From Octopus sinensis (lineage: Eukaryota), in assembly GCF_006345805.1 (NCBI RefSeq), contig NW_021835667.1, forward strand, positions 1 through 26,328: a DNA stretch of 26,328 nucleotides, given 5' to 3'. Below are positions 11,716 through 22,419 of the stretch, one piece after another. The position numbers and the translations under genes were made by a program. Position 1 is the stretch's first letter; the number at the start of each line of letters is the position of its first letter. The notes under the pieces were generated by a model. It did no database searches, was not told the DNA's origin, and saw nothing but the letters and a program-made list of their open reading frames with translations.

Positions 11716-12073
11716 TTGAATAAAGGTATTGTGGAGTGTGACACATAATCAACGATCGAACTCAGTCCTGGGTTCCACAATCTGATCCAGTGTAGTACGA
11801 CCCGCAGCATTAACCTCAGGATACTGCGAGGAGTAGGGGCCAAGAAATAGAAATAATGATACGCAGAAAATAGGTATTTGATGTTTTGTATTAAACGTTT
11901 TGCATCTTTTGCGGAACACTGATGAGGTATTTTGCTTAGATACCTAATGTTTCTAAATGGTTGTGTAATTATCACGGCATATTGCTGAAACCCGTGTATG
12001 ATCATTTAACGTCAACCTTGTTTTTGTTTGTTATTATATGTGTGTGCATGAATATAAGTGTGTATGTGTGTGT
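11716..12073 (+). repeat. Segment X, copy 2
   Basis: Identical by eye to 9502-9859. Confidence 0.95.
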
Positions 12074-12390
12074 TTGTGTATGTAAGCACACAAGCTATCT
12101 GTTCAAGTAAACGAAAGCAGAACTTTGAAGTCACTAACAACACTTTTTCTTATAAAAAAAATGAACACCATTCATCACTTTTACTGTTAAAATTGGATAG
12201 TCTTTATTCATCACACACAAACACACACACAAGCATATACATACATATATATGTAGAGAGTGAGAGACAGAGACAGGCGGACAGACAGACAGACAGAGAT
12301 GGCTACTTATTGGTTTACATTATGTGATTTGCATTAATTAAGAGTAACATTACTCAAAAGAAATGTGTGTGTGTTTCTGTGTGTGTATAT

Positions 12391-12448
<58 letters not shown>

Positions 12449-12949
12449 GAGAAAGCTGTCTGTCGCAATAGCTTTTAAAGGAACAATATATATTTCCCTG
12501 CCGCACCGATCCGACCGACAAATTATTCAGCCACAAAACGACACTTCGCCAAATACGCCTTTTTCAAAGATGGCCCTTTCTATAAAATTCTTTAGAACAC
12601 AAGAAAATATGCAAATTCATGCTTTTGTCGTATGAATGAGAATAAAAGACGAAAAGTAGCAGAGAGAGAAGAATTACTGCAATTAAGAAAATCACGTTGT
12701 ACAGACGTGATTTCAACGTGGCTTTATCCATTGACCAAAGAAGTCGAGAATTTTATGTGATAGTGGACGCAATGGGTGAGGAACTGTTGGAAATATTTTT
12801 GGTGATTTACGAAAGAATCGTATCGAAGAATAAGGCAAACATGAAACTTGAGAACCGTGAATGGGGAAAATATGAACTTTCAAAGGAGTTTTATACATCA
12901 GTTTAATAACGGTTATGTATTTACGAAAACTTTTCTTTTGTGCTGGAAT

Positions 12950-12967
12950 AATTGTGTGTGTGTGTGT

Positions 12968-13013
<46 letters not shown>

Positions 13014-13117
13014 GTTTGCTTGTGTGTGTGTGTGTATGTGTGTGTGTGTATGCGTGTGAGTGTGTGTGTGTGTGTGTTTGCGTTTGCTTGTGTGTGTGTA
13101 TGTATGTGTGTGTATGC

Positions 13118-13148
<31 letters not shown>
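12950..13148. repeat. Imperfect (TG)n containing an internal duplication of the GTTTGCGTTTGCTTG...TATGCGTGTGAG unit
   Basis: Direct reading. Confidence 0.9.
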
Positions 13149-13149
<1 letters not shown>

Positions 13150-13457
13150 TTTATCGGGGTGTGAATATAATAAATTATTTAAAATATTTTATGAGACAGC
13201 CTTTCATTATTTCATTAAAGTTTCTATAAAATAGTGTTTCCATAGAGCTCCCTCACACCCATAAAATGCGTACATATGTGTGAGGCGGTATGTGTGTATA
13301 TATGTGTGGGGGGTACGTGTGTGTATATGTGTGTGTCTGTGTGTGTGTGTTAGTTTTCTATTTTTGTTAAAGTTGTCGATAAAATGAGATGAACATGAAA
13401 GGTTCGTTCTATATTTTCCATTGATGAACATATTTATTTAGTTTTACGACAAAATGG

Positions 13458-13538
13458 TTGACAGTGATTTCGAAGTTACGGATCACTTGCTATCCTTAGA
13501 CGACAGGAAGTGAGCTGAAACTTCGAACTCACAGACAA
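13458..13538. ncRNA. Candidate pre-miRNA-like hairpin
   Basis: Arms 13458-13491 and 13505-13538 pair without gaps at 28 of 34 positions (27 Watson-Crick plus 1 G-U on the + strand), with a 13-nt loop. I do not recognise it as a known miRNA. Confidence 0.3.
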
Positions 13539-13624
13539 ACTTTTCTTTATGTGTAAAAATACATATATGTGTGTGTGTTTTGTGGCTTCATACGTGAGAA
13601 TATCTGTTCAACAGTGTGTGTGTA

Positions 13625-13647
13625 TACATACACGCACACACACACTT

Positions 13648-13690
<43 letters not shown>

Positions 13691-13693
13691 GAT

Positions 13694-13739
<46 letters not shown>

Positions 13740-13809
13740 GATAGATAGATAGATAGATATAGATAGATAGATATATAGATAGATATCTGTGTATCTCTCT
13801 CTCTCTCTT

Positions 13810-13840
<31 letters not shown>

Positions 13841-13900
13841 TATATATATGCATATATATATGTATGTGTGTGTATGTATATATATATATATAATATATAT
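13625..13900. repeat. (CA)n, (GATA)n, (CT)n and (TA)n compound microsatellite
   Basis: Direct reading. Confidence 0.95.
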
Positions 13901-13901
13901 A

Positions 13902-14900
13902 CAGGGGTTGGACAAAATAATGGAAGCACCTAACATCATAGCATAATTTTGAAATATCTATAAAACCCTCAAAAGCTTATTTATTATTAGTGATGCTTAA
14001 TATGTTTTGCTAAATTTGCTGTTTCTTTTCAGATATCATCAGAAAAAGGCCATTAAAATTCATTAAAATGACAGATCTATCGGACTTTCAAAGAGGTCAA
14101 ATTGTAGGTGTTCCTATGATAGGCACTAGCGTAAGGAAAAAAGGCTGAGATGTTTCGTGTATGAAGAAGTACTGTCTCAAAAGTAATGACAGCCTTTAAG
14201 AAAGAGGGAAAAACCTACTCGTCGAAACAAAACTCTGGAAGAAAACCAAAACTTTCAGATAGGGACCGTCGGACTCATACGCGAATTGTTAGAAAGGATC
14301 ACAAAAGTACAGCTCCCAAGATTACTGCGGAGCTTAATGACCACCTCGAGAACCCAGTTTCCACAAAAACTCTTTCACCGGGAGATGCACAAAGCCGGAT
14401 TTCACGGGAGGGCTTCAATCAAAAAACCACTACTTTCAAAAATAAACGTTTCAAAGCGTTTAGAGTGGAGTAAAAACCAACAGAATTGGTCACTCTAGCA
14501 GTGGAAGAATGTCAGTTTCTCGGACGAGTCATCCTTTACCTTATTTCCGACTACCGACCGTGCACAAGTGTGGAGACAGCCAAAAAAAGTCATTTGACCC
14601 ACTGCCTTCTTCTAACTGTTAAACATGGAGGAAGATCTATGTTGGACTGGGTGGGGGCTATATCTTGGACATCCACCGGTCTAATAGTGAAGACTATTTA
14701 AGCATTTTATCTGATCAAATTCATCCTATTGCTGCGGAACTGTTTCCGGGGGGTAATGCAATCTTTCAGGATGATAATGCACCAATTCACACCGCTAAAG
14801 TTGTTACTGAATGGCACGAGGAACATTCTAGTGAAGTTGAACATCTTACCTGGCCACCACAGTCCCCAGATCTCAATATCATTGAACATTTATGGTTCTT
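13902..14900 (+). mobile_element. Tc1-like DNA transposon (DD36E spacing), 3'-truncated
   Basis: TA (13900-13901) is followed by TIR-like CAGGGGTTGGACAAAATAATGGAA, then transposase remnants. No C-terminus or right TIR follows 14900. Confidence 0.9.
14068..14895 (+). pseudogene. Tc1 transposase pseudogene (frameshifts and stops)
   Basis: MTDLSDFQRGQIVG...STVSKVMTAFKKEGKT...NSGRKPKLSDRDRR...KPLLSKINVSKRLEW...FSDESSFTLFPT (D at 14523)...TVKHGG...FQDDNAPIHTAK (D at 14773)...WPPQSPDLNIIEHLW (E at 14884). Confidence 0.92.
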
Positions 14901-15357
14901 TTAGGATAAACATCATCACTACAAGAACTGGAGACTGTTTCAGTGTTTGTTGTCGCAGAATTGGCTGCTGACACGGTCGTTAACTGTGGGTTGAATTGAG
15001 GAGTAGCTGACGCTGGGTCAGTTGTTGTTATTGTTGTTGCTGTGGTGCTCGTGGTGGCGATGGCGATGCTGGTGATCGTCCTTGTTGCTGTTGAAAAGTA
15101 TGTGAAGAATTGTTGCTGTAGTTAGAGATTTATGGTAGTAAACGCATCACTACACACGTATATATATATGAAGAGAGACGGACATTAAAAAGTCATTTCA
15201 TTTCTACCAGTCAGAGAGGAATATTATTCGCGAAAAAGGAAAGAAAAGTTTTGAGATGTCCCAAAATATATAATATATGTGTGTGTAAATGTGTGTGCAT
15301 ACACACAGATTTATACGTATGTACGTATATATATATGTGTAGATGTAGTGCATGCAT

Positions 15358-15420
<63 letters not shown>

Positions 15421-16077
15421 TATATATATATATATATGTTTATGTATGTATGTTATATGTTATATGCCTGCATAAATGCGTGTATATGTATAAGTGTGGA
15501 CAGGCGTATGTACATGTGTGTCAACGCGCCAGTTTAATTTAAGCATTCCGTGTATAAAAAAAAACCCAACATTTATAGAGTCTTTCCTCTGATAATGTCA
15601 GAAATATTTTGATTAATTCGTTTAAAAAAACTATTTCACACGGTGAAACCCCAAGAGAATCTCATTGAATGACGTTAACAAGGCGCCGTACTAGAGTGTT
15701 GTCTTTAAAATATTGATAACATCCGCAATATTGAAACGTAATTTGTTTATTTACTTCTTATATAGTATTTCTCTTTGTCTTTTAAATTTTATTTTGTTTT
15801 ATATTTTATAATCACGTGTTATCGGTTATTCAAGAAACGGAGATGATTTATATATCAATTAGAGCTTGTTTAAAGTTTTCATCTGTAAACGGATATGTGT
15901 AATATTACATGGTATAATGTAGCGGAAGCGCAGCCATTTTGGTGAACGGTGGAATGTTTCATCTTATCAAAATCTCGTTACTGTTTTTGACCACTGATCA
16001 TTAGATCACATTTGTATGTCTACGTTCACCTAGGTACTGTTGTGTGGGATGCATCTGAAGCTTTATTCTTAGCATAG

Positions 16078-16212
16078 ATGTGAAACATCGAAGAATGGAC
16101 AGGCCTCGATTTCGCCGACTCTCAAAGAGTAGCAGAAGAGAGATAGCAAAATCTGATTGCGACATCAACAAATGCTCAACATCCACACGATCGAGGGACA
16201 AGATCGGTTTGA
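16078..16212 (+). mobile_element. RTE-clade LINE extreme 3' fragment
   Basis: The plus strand reads M*NIEEWTGLDFADSQRVAEER*QNLIATSTNAQHPH, matching the RTE ORF C-terminal pattern WxDNIxEWTGLxFxxSQRxxExRxxW. Confidence 0.6.
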
Positions 16213-16489
16213 AGGGAAAGCATAAACAGGAAGAACTATGAGCCTGTAACATCCGTGGTTTTCCTAATTCTTTAGTCTTTAGTCTTAGCTATGTTTTCTC
16301 TCATTCAACTATGGCAATGTTTTCAATGGATTTGAAAATTAAACAACATATCAGTACAACAGGAAGTGCTGTTATAGCACCAGTCTGCGCATGTTACTAT
16401 CCTCTTCTATATAACGGAGCGACGACAATAGTTATACTCTGTCTCCCATTCCCCACGGGTCCTGACGAAACTGTCTTAACCCTCGAAAT

Positions 16490-17010
16490 ATCGAAGAAAT
16501 ATTTTGGCATTTCATTTCGCCTTGTTACGGCCTTAACAAGATTCTGTCTAATTAAATAATAGACAAGGCTTCACCCAAACTCCATTCCAAGCTTATTAAA
16601 TAATTTTGCCAGCACATTATCTGTAAAATAACTCAACCATTTCTTTTAGACTTTACCATTTCTCAGTGCCTTCCAGGCGTCCATTTTTTGTAGCATTTCC
16701 TAGCTAGTTCTTGGATTTGATTTAGTCTTTTGCGATTCTTCATTAGTTGAGTTCGTTGTTTTACAGTATCTCGTCAATGGCCATTCCGTCGCAGACCAAG
16801 TTCCTCCAAAGAATTCTTCAACTTTTTCTTAATGTTTGTTTTGCATTGATTTCTATTTTACTTTCGCTTAGTTCCAGATAAAATCGTCTGGGGCTTCTTT
16901 TATACAAAGAATCACTGACGCTTTTCATAACAACTGATTCTTTGTGATTTGGGCGAGAATATCTTATTTCTGGCGTTCTTTGATTTCGGATACGACTTCA
17001 CTTTTTGGTT
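16490..17010 (-). mobile_element. R4/NeSL-like (R2-superfamily) non-LTR retroelement fragment, region just upstream of and into RT
   Basis: Frameshifted minus-strand motifs ILAQITQRISCYEKRQ, LYKRSPRRFYLELSESKIEIN, VEEFFGGTWS, EMLQKMDAWKA and KWLSYFT...LAKLFN resemble the RxxRYExR / LFxxNxxRFYxEL / FWxxIW / KMxNWKAPG / YWLKxFT pattern of these elements. Confidence 0.55.
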
Positions 17011-17034
17011 CCATTACATTTCTCTACTAAGCCT

Positions 17035-17045
17035 CTTTCTTTCAT

Positions 17046-17114
<69 letters not shown>

Positions 17115-17170
17115 TTCTCTTTCTTTCTTTCTTCTTTCTTTCTTTTCTTTCTTTCTCTTTTTCTTTCGTA
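17035..17170. repeat. (TTTC)n microsatellite
   Basis: Direct reading. It explains ORFs 16949..17290 and 17005..17268. Confidence 0.95.
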
Positions 17171-17847
17171 TCTTTCTTATTTGTATATTTTTCGTTATCG
17201 ATTTCGTTAAAGATCGACGTATCTCTTCGATCTTTTATTTTCTGGGTTTTTGCAGACCAAATTCTTAAGAGTAGCCAATTTTCTTTGTAACAACAACTAC
17301 TACTACTACTACTACTACTAGTTTTTCTTCTTTTGATTTTGTTTCCATTTCTTGCCGATTGCCTCCCCGACTCCTAAGGCAAAGACATTCACTGTTATAC
17401 ATTGATAGGCCAAGAAGTTAAACGCACCAGATTCTTCATTTTCAAAATGAAATGAATTTATGTGAACAAAAAAATTAAAATTCATGGGTGGGTATCGTTC
17501 TCACTCCGCAGTGGTTTACAGTCACCACAATGTCGCCCAGCGCGAGCTCTCCTAGATTGTCTGATCTGTTCTCGTACATAATCTGCTCAGACACCCATAC
17601 ATTGGATGCTCAGGCTCCCGCATATATATATAATAATTTTTCTTACTCTTTGAACAAAGTTTATAATGAAATTATTTTGTGTTTAACTAAAAAAGCGTAA
17701 CTTTCAAGAAATTGAAAAAAACAAATTGCTTGAACCGAAACCTCTTTCGAGTTTAATCTAAAAATACATAAATTCTAAGAAATTGTTACTCTTACTACGA
17801 TATTCTACCTTCGAATTAATTATTGCGAATATCAGTGCCCAAAAATA

Positions 17848-18640
17848 ATGAATCACTACCGAAAAAGAAAACTGAAGCAATCATTGTTGAATTTCCTGTC
17901 TGATTCATCTAATAATGCTAAGCAGAAGAGAATTGCAAACGAAGTTTCGCAGCTCAAGAGAAGTCTTGCAAAGTCTTTGACACCCTCATTGGATGATCTA
18001 GGACAGGTCGACTGCCAACCAGTGCAGCCAGTTCTAGCAAAGTTTGATCCAAACGTTTATGGAAATCAGAGACGTGACTTCTCGTCAAACTGCTCAAATT
18101 GGTCGTTTATTATGGTTAGAGTATTTCTCTTTCAAAGAAAGCCTTGTCTTGTTTTGCTTCTCGGCACTTTAATTCTTCTGCTCAAGCTGATACATGTTTT
18201 ATTAAAAATGGATATTCTAATTGGCATCCTTCAAAAGAAAAAAATCAAAGGTTTAAATTAGCACGCATCTCATATCCAAGCTATGGTAACATGGAAGGAA
18301 CGCCAACAGTATTTATCCACAACAACATCCGTGTCTTCAATCTTGCAAAATGATCAGTTGAGCAAAAACCATTATTATATCAGTTCCATTGTTGATATTG
18401 TTCATTTTCTTTGTGCAAACGAATTGCCTTTTCGAGGAAACGAAAATGAAGCTTTTCAAGATCTTTATTCGGAAGATGATACGTAGCCTTGTGGTCTTTT
18501 TATGAAATTATTCCAGTACACATTAGAGAAGGACTCAAAGCTAATGGAATGTTACAGCACGATTCCAAAAAATGCGACCTCCACCCCAGGAGAAATGCAA
18601 AACGAAATCATCGAATTGTTGAGAAGACACATTGTCAGCT
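17848..18640 (+). pseudogene. hAT-superfamily (ZMYM1-like, TTF-type zinc finger + DUF4371) transposase remnant, 3'-truncated
   Basis: Across frameshifts: QPVLAKFDPNVYGNQRRDFS...WLEY (18113)...CFASRHF...FIKNGYSNW...IQAMVTWKER...YYISSIVDIVHFLCANELPFRG...GLFMKLFQYTLEKDSKL...IPKNATSTPGEMQNEIIELL. These match the WLEYS/CFxC, LPFRG and NAxYTSPxIQNELI hallmarks. Confidence 0.85.
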
Positions 18641-19460
18641 CGTGGTCGATGTTTATTTGAAATTATATAAAAATAATGTTTAAAGATTTGGTTGTTATCT
18701 CTAGCATGTAGAAAGACCTTTTAGGTTTAACTATGTGCTTGTTGTTAATCATTAAAAAAAATATTGGAGTCGATACATTCGACTAAAAATTCTTCGAGGT
18801 GATTGCAACAAGTAAAATGAAAATAAAAACGAAATATATCAGAAGTTTTGACCAGGCGTCAAGAAATGTGAAGAAAAAAAGAAAGAAAAAAAAACCCAAA
18901 AATTTAAGCATGGGGCTTTTGTCCGTACCCCTGTTCAGCACCCCTAGTTATCAAAATAACACACCCAGTTGCAATCAGCTGGCTACGGACTGTATGGACT
19001 ACTGCCAGTCCGTTTTCTTGTAGACCAACCTATATGCGGAGACACAACGGCGTGGCGCGCGTCACACCATCAAGATGTGCGTTGAACATTTTGAAAAATA
19101 TGGTTGCGGAATTAAGGAGATAAACATTTAGGATGAAAGACCCACCAAGTCCAGGGCAAACATCTCCAATGAGCTCCAGTGACATCTATGGGAAATTGAT
19201 TCTCGTAAAATACTTGCCGTTGACATAAATGAGGAAGCACAAACGAAGAAAGAGGCGGAAACAGGGAGCCAACGACGATTACGATATGTACGTGTGTGTG
19301 TGTGTGTGTGTATGTGCGGATGTACGTGTGTATGTGCGGATGTACGTGTGCATGTGAATCTCTCTCTCTCTCTCTTTCTCTCTCTGTATACATACATATA
19401 CATATATATATATATATTATATATAGATAAGAAAGTTTGTTTGGTAAAGCACGTGGGTGA

Positions 19461-20692
19461 ATATATAAGAAAATAGTAAAGTGTGAAAAAACGACAGAGG
19501 CTTAAATGTTAAAAAATATATATATTTGTGTCAAAATGTCTGGAGAATATTGGAAAAATTTTTTTTCCTTTCCTTAAAATGACATAATTTTAAAATTTTT
19601 AAAGAAATTACCGGTTTCGCGTGTAGCTTTTCAAATTCTTGTGACGTTATGTTTATATTGCATGGAATTATCGTTGTTTTTATTTCCAGGAGATTTCTAA
19701 ATAAGGGGAGGTAGTGAGTGATTTTTTCCGGTGTAGGGGAGATAATCGCTTAAAAATTTTTTTTTTCGCATTTCCTTGTTAATTCTCTGTGTCAGTATGT
19801 TCGGATGGGTGAGTCTGGGTTTGTACTTTTCAATGAAGAATGTTTCCTTGTTCAGTCTCATTTGTGTTGATGATCCGAAAGCACATTGGTAAAATGGGAA
19901 GATAAAAATTGTGGCAGTAGTTGCTTTGCGCATTTCTCAATGTGCTCACTAAAAGGTATCATTCTATACTGGGAATGCAATCTGTTGTCGATGCAGTGTG
20001 CATCGCGCTGAGTGATAGTCCCGTGGAACCCACGTAGTCTTGGTGGAGCCCGAGCATTTAATAACATAAATTATTTTTCAGAGGCACAAGTAAAGTTAGA
20101 TTTTATCTTAAATTTCTGTCCCTCTTTAAAGAAGAATTCTGATCCTTCCAATAGGTTAGGACATGTTGCACAGTTCGATCTACCACATTTTTTTACTTTT
20201 GCATCCGTAATTTTAGAAGACAATTTTTGCCTTTGTGAGAATCTTTTTAAGTGATTTAGGCTGTTTGTAGCTTTAATGATTTGGTGTATGTAGAATTTCC
20301 TTTAATTTTGGGTTTTTATGAAGTATTGGTAAATTCTGGGTGATGATGGTGAAGGCTTCTTTGTTTCTGGGTTGTATGTGGATATGTAAGGTAGTATTTT
20401 CGGGAAGGTGTGTTGTTGTGTTGAACTTTTCTTAAAGTTTCTATGTTGATTTCTGTTGCACGTCTGATCCCATCCTCTATGAGTTGAGCTGGGTAATGTC
20501 TGTCAATAGGGTGTTTTTGAGTTCTTGCAGTCTAAAGTTCGGTATTTTGTTCTGACACTATTGTGCATATCCTTCTTGCAAGGTTGAAGGGGATGTTTGT
20601 TTTAGTGTCTCCAGACATTTTGACACAAATATATATATTTTTTAACATTTAGCCTTCTGTCGTTTTTTCACACTTTACTATTTCTTATATAT
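19461..20692 (-). mobile_element. 5'-truncated Penelope-like element (RT thumb + GIY-YIG endonuclease) with inverted terminal copy of its 3' end
   Basis: The minus strand reads TKTNIPFNLARRICTIVS...YPAQLIEDGI...PYISTYNP...KQPKSLKKILTKAK...KCGRSNCATCP...FTCASE.IYVIKC (20071-20054)...YVGSTG (20036-20019)...SEHIEKC...IFPFYQC...ETFFIEKYKPRL. An 86-bp inverted repeat lies at 19461-19546 / 20608-20692. Confidence 0.9.
19602..19640 (-). ncRNA. Degenerate minimal type I hammerhead ribozyme in the Penelope 3' end
   Basis: The minus strand reads AAGAAT-TTGAAAA-GCTACACGC-GAAACCGGTA-ATTTCTT. It has stem I, a CUGANGA-like core with two mutations, a short stem II, GAAA, a palindromic ACCGGT stem III and a GUA triplet. 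Confidence 0.55.
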
Positions 20693-20752
20693 ATTATATA
20701 TATATATATATATAATATATATAATACATATATATATATGTAATTGTATATG

Positions 20753-20783
<31 letters not shown>

Positions 20784-20788
20784 GTATA

Positions 20789-20846
<58 letters not shown>

Positions 20847-20963
20847 CTATATTATATAATATATATATATATATATATATACATATATATACATATCTAT
20901 ATATAGTATATGTATATGTATATATACTATATATATATATTATCTATCTGTTATATATATATG

Positions 20964-21030
<67 letters not shown>
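20693..21030. repeat. Long imperfect (TA)n tract
   Basis: Direct reading. Confidence 0.95.
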
Positions 21031-21037
<7 letters not shown>

Positions 21038-21069
21038 TGTATATAGCTGTACATATCTTGGCATGCCAA

Positions 21070-21215
21070 GTGGCCACCTAGCAGAATTGACAGCATCGAT
21101 TCTATAGGTGATGAGTTCAAATCTCATTGAGACCAATTTTGTCTTTCACTCCTTCGAGTCTGATAAAATAAATCACCAGTCAAGTCCTCAGTTCGATGTA
21201 ATCGATTCGTACCCT
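21070..21215 (+). mobile_element. Old SINE, distantly related to family A
   Basis: GCAGAATTGACAGCA...GAGTTCAAATCTC...TTTGTCTTTCACTCCTTCGAGTCTGATAAAATAAATCACCAGT...TCGATGTAATCGATT has the same motif order as family A. Confidence 0.6.
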
Positions 21216-21344
21216 TTGATCCAAATTGTTGCAGTTGGACCCTGCTAAAGACTTGGCACCCTGTTCAAGGAGGATATTTCGATTTAGCTCACTTTATATG
21301 CTTTTTACTTTATAAAATTCGTTGGAAATCAGGATTTTAAAATA

Positions 21345-21662
21345 TTAGATTGGCAACTAAGTTCCCGCCGTTTTTTTTTTATTTAAATTTTTTAAGAGGT
21401 TTAATAAAAATAATAATAACTAATTAATCAATAATGTATTCACCCTTGTTGTTTACAACTTCTTCACAACGTTCAACAAGATTTTCAATAGCTCGTTGGT
21501 AGAAATCACCCGATTCCGACTTGAAAAATTGATCCAACTAAGCTCTCAAATCTGCATCAGTATTGAACGAAACTCCGCACATAGCGAATGAAAGACATCG
21601 AAAGAGGTAGAAATCCGTTGGAGCCAAATCAGGAGAGTACGGCGGGTGTGGCAGCACTTGTG
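21345..21662 (-). mobile_element. Mariner 3' fragment with TIR
   Basis: The minus strand reads QVLPHPPYSPDLAPTDFYLFRCLS...FNTDADLRA*LDQFFKSESGDFYQRAIENLVERCEEVVNNKGEYIID* (stop at 21426-21424). TA (21343-21344) is followed by TIR TTAGATTGGCAACTAAGTTCCCGCCGTTTT. Confidence 0.9.
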
Positions 21663-21915
<253 letters not shown>

Positions 21916-22031
21916 AATAGATATGTGTGTGTGTGTGTATACATACATGTATTGTAACCTGTATGTTTTTTTATTCACGCTGGCCACCTAATAAAATCAT
22001 TAAAGAGATTTTATCCTTAATTTTGAATTAA

Positions 22032-22062
<31 letters not shown>

Positions 22063-22419
22063 TGTGCGTGTGTGTGTGTGTGTGTGGGTGTGTGTGTGTG
22101 CATATATATATATAATGTACTGATCTGCGATAGAAAATTCTTCAAAAAGTACTCGATCTGGTGAGAGATAAATATCATTTATTTAAAGGACACAATACAT
22201 GTATTAATGTGCTACTAATAGCTTCATATGTTGAGAAATTCAGGCGCAAACCACATATCATAAAGAAGTAAAACAAATTCGAATGAGAGAAGAAACGCGA
22301 AAAAACTGAGAAGTCAGCAAATAGAAAAGGCAGAAAGTAAGAAACGGAAAACGAAAACACAAAAACTAAAATATGAAAAATAAAAATTAAAAAGAGAAAA
22401 GGTCTCTTTTCCGCAGAAC

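Noticed and set aside
12697-12906. 69-aa ORF with EFYVIVDAMGEELLEIF, faintly like hAT C-terminal FxxIxDxxxxELxxRF
   Set aside because: TTG start, short, and only one weak motif. Not enough to assign.
14879-15121. 80-codon stop-free Thr/Ala-rich minus frame replacing the Tc1 3' end
   Set aside because: No ATG or splice evidence, and the composition follows from degenerate (GTT/GCT/GGT)n repeats.
16455-16475. CTGACGAAAC hammerhead-like words
   Set aside because: CUGANGA and GAAA overlap with no stem II.
17484-18945. Possible TIRs for the ZMYM1-like hAT (CATGGGTGGGTA at left, TCCGTACCCCTG at right)
   Set aside because: Only weak complementarity and no matching 8-bp TSD.
19035-19220. HTIKMCVEHFEKYG...RP frame resembling a Tc1/mariner N-terminal HTH
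   Set aside because: Short, interrupted by stops, with no TIR or catalytic motif nearby. Plausible but unsupported.
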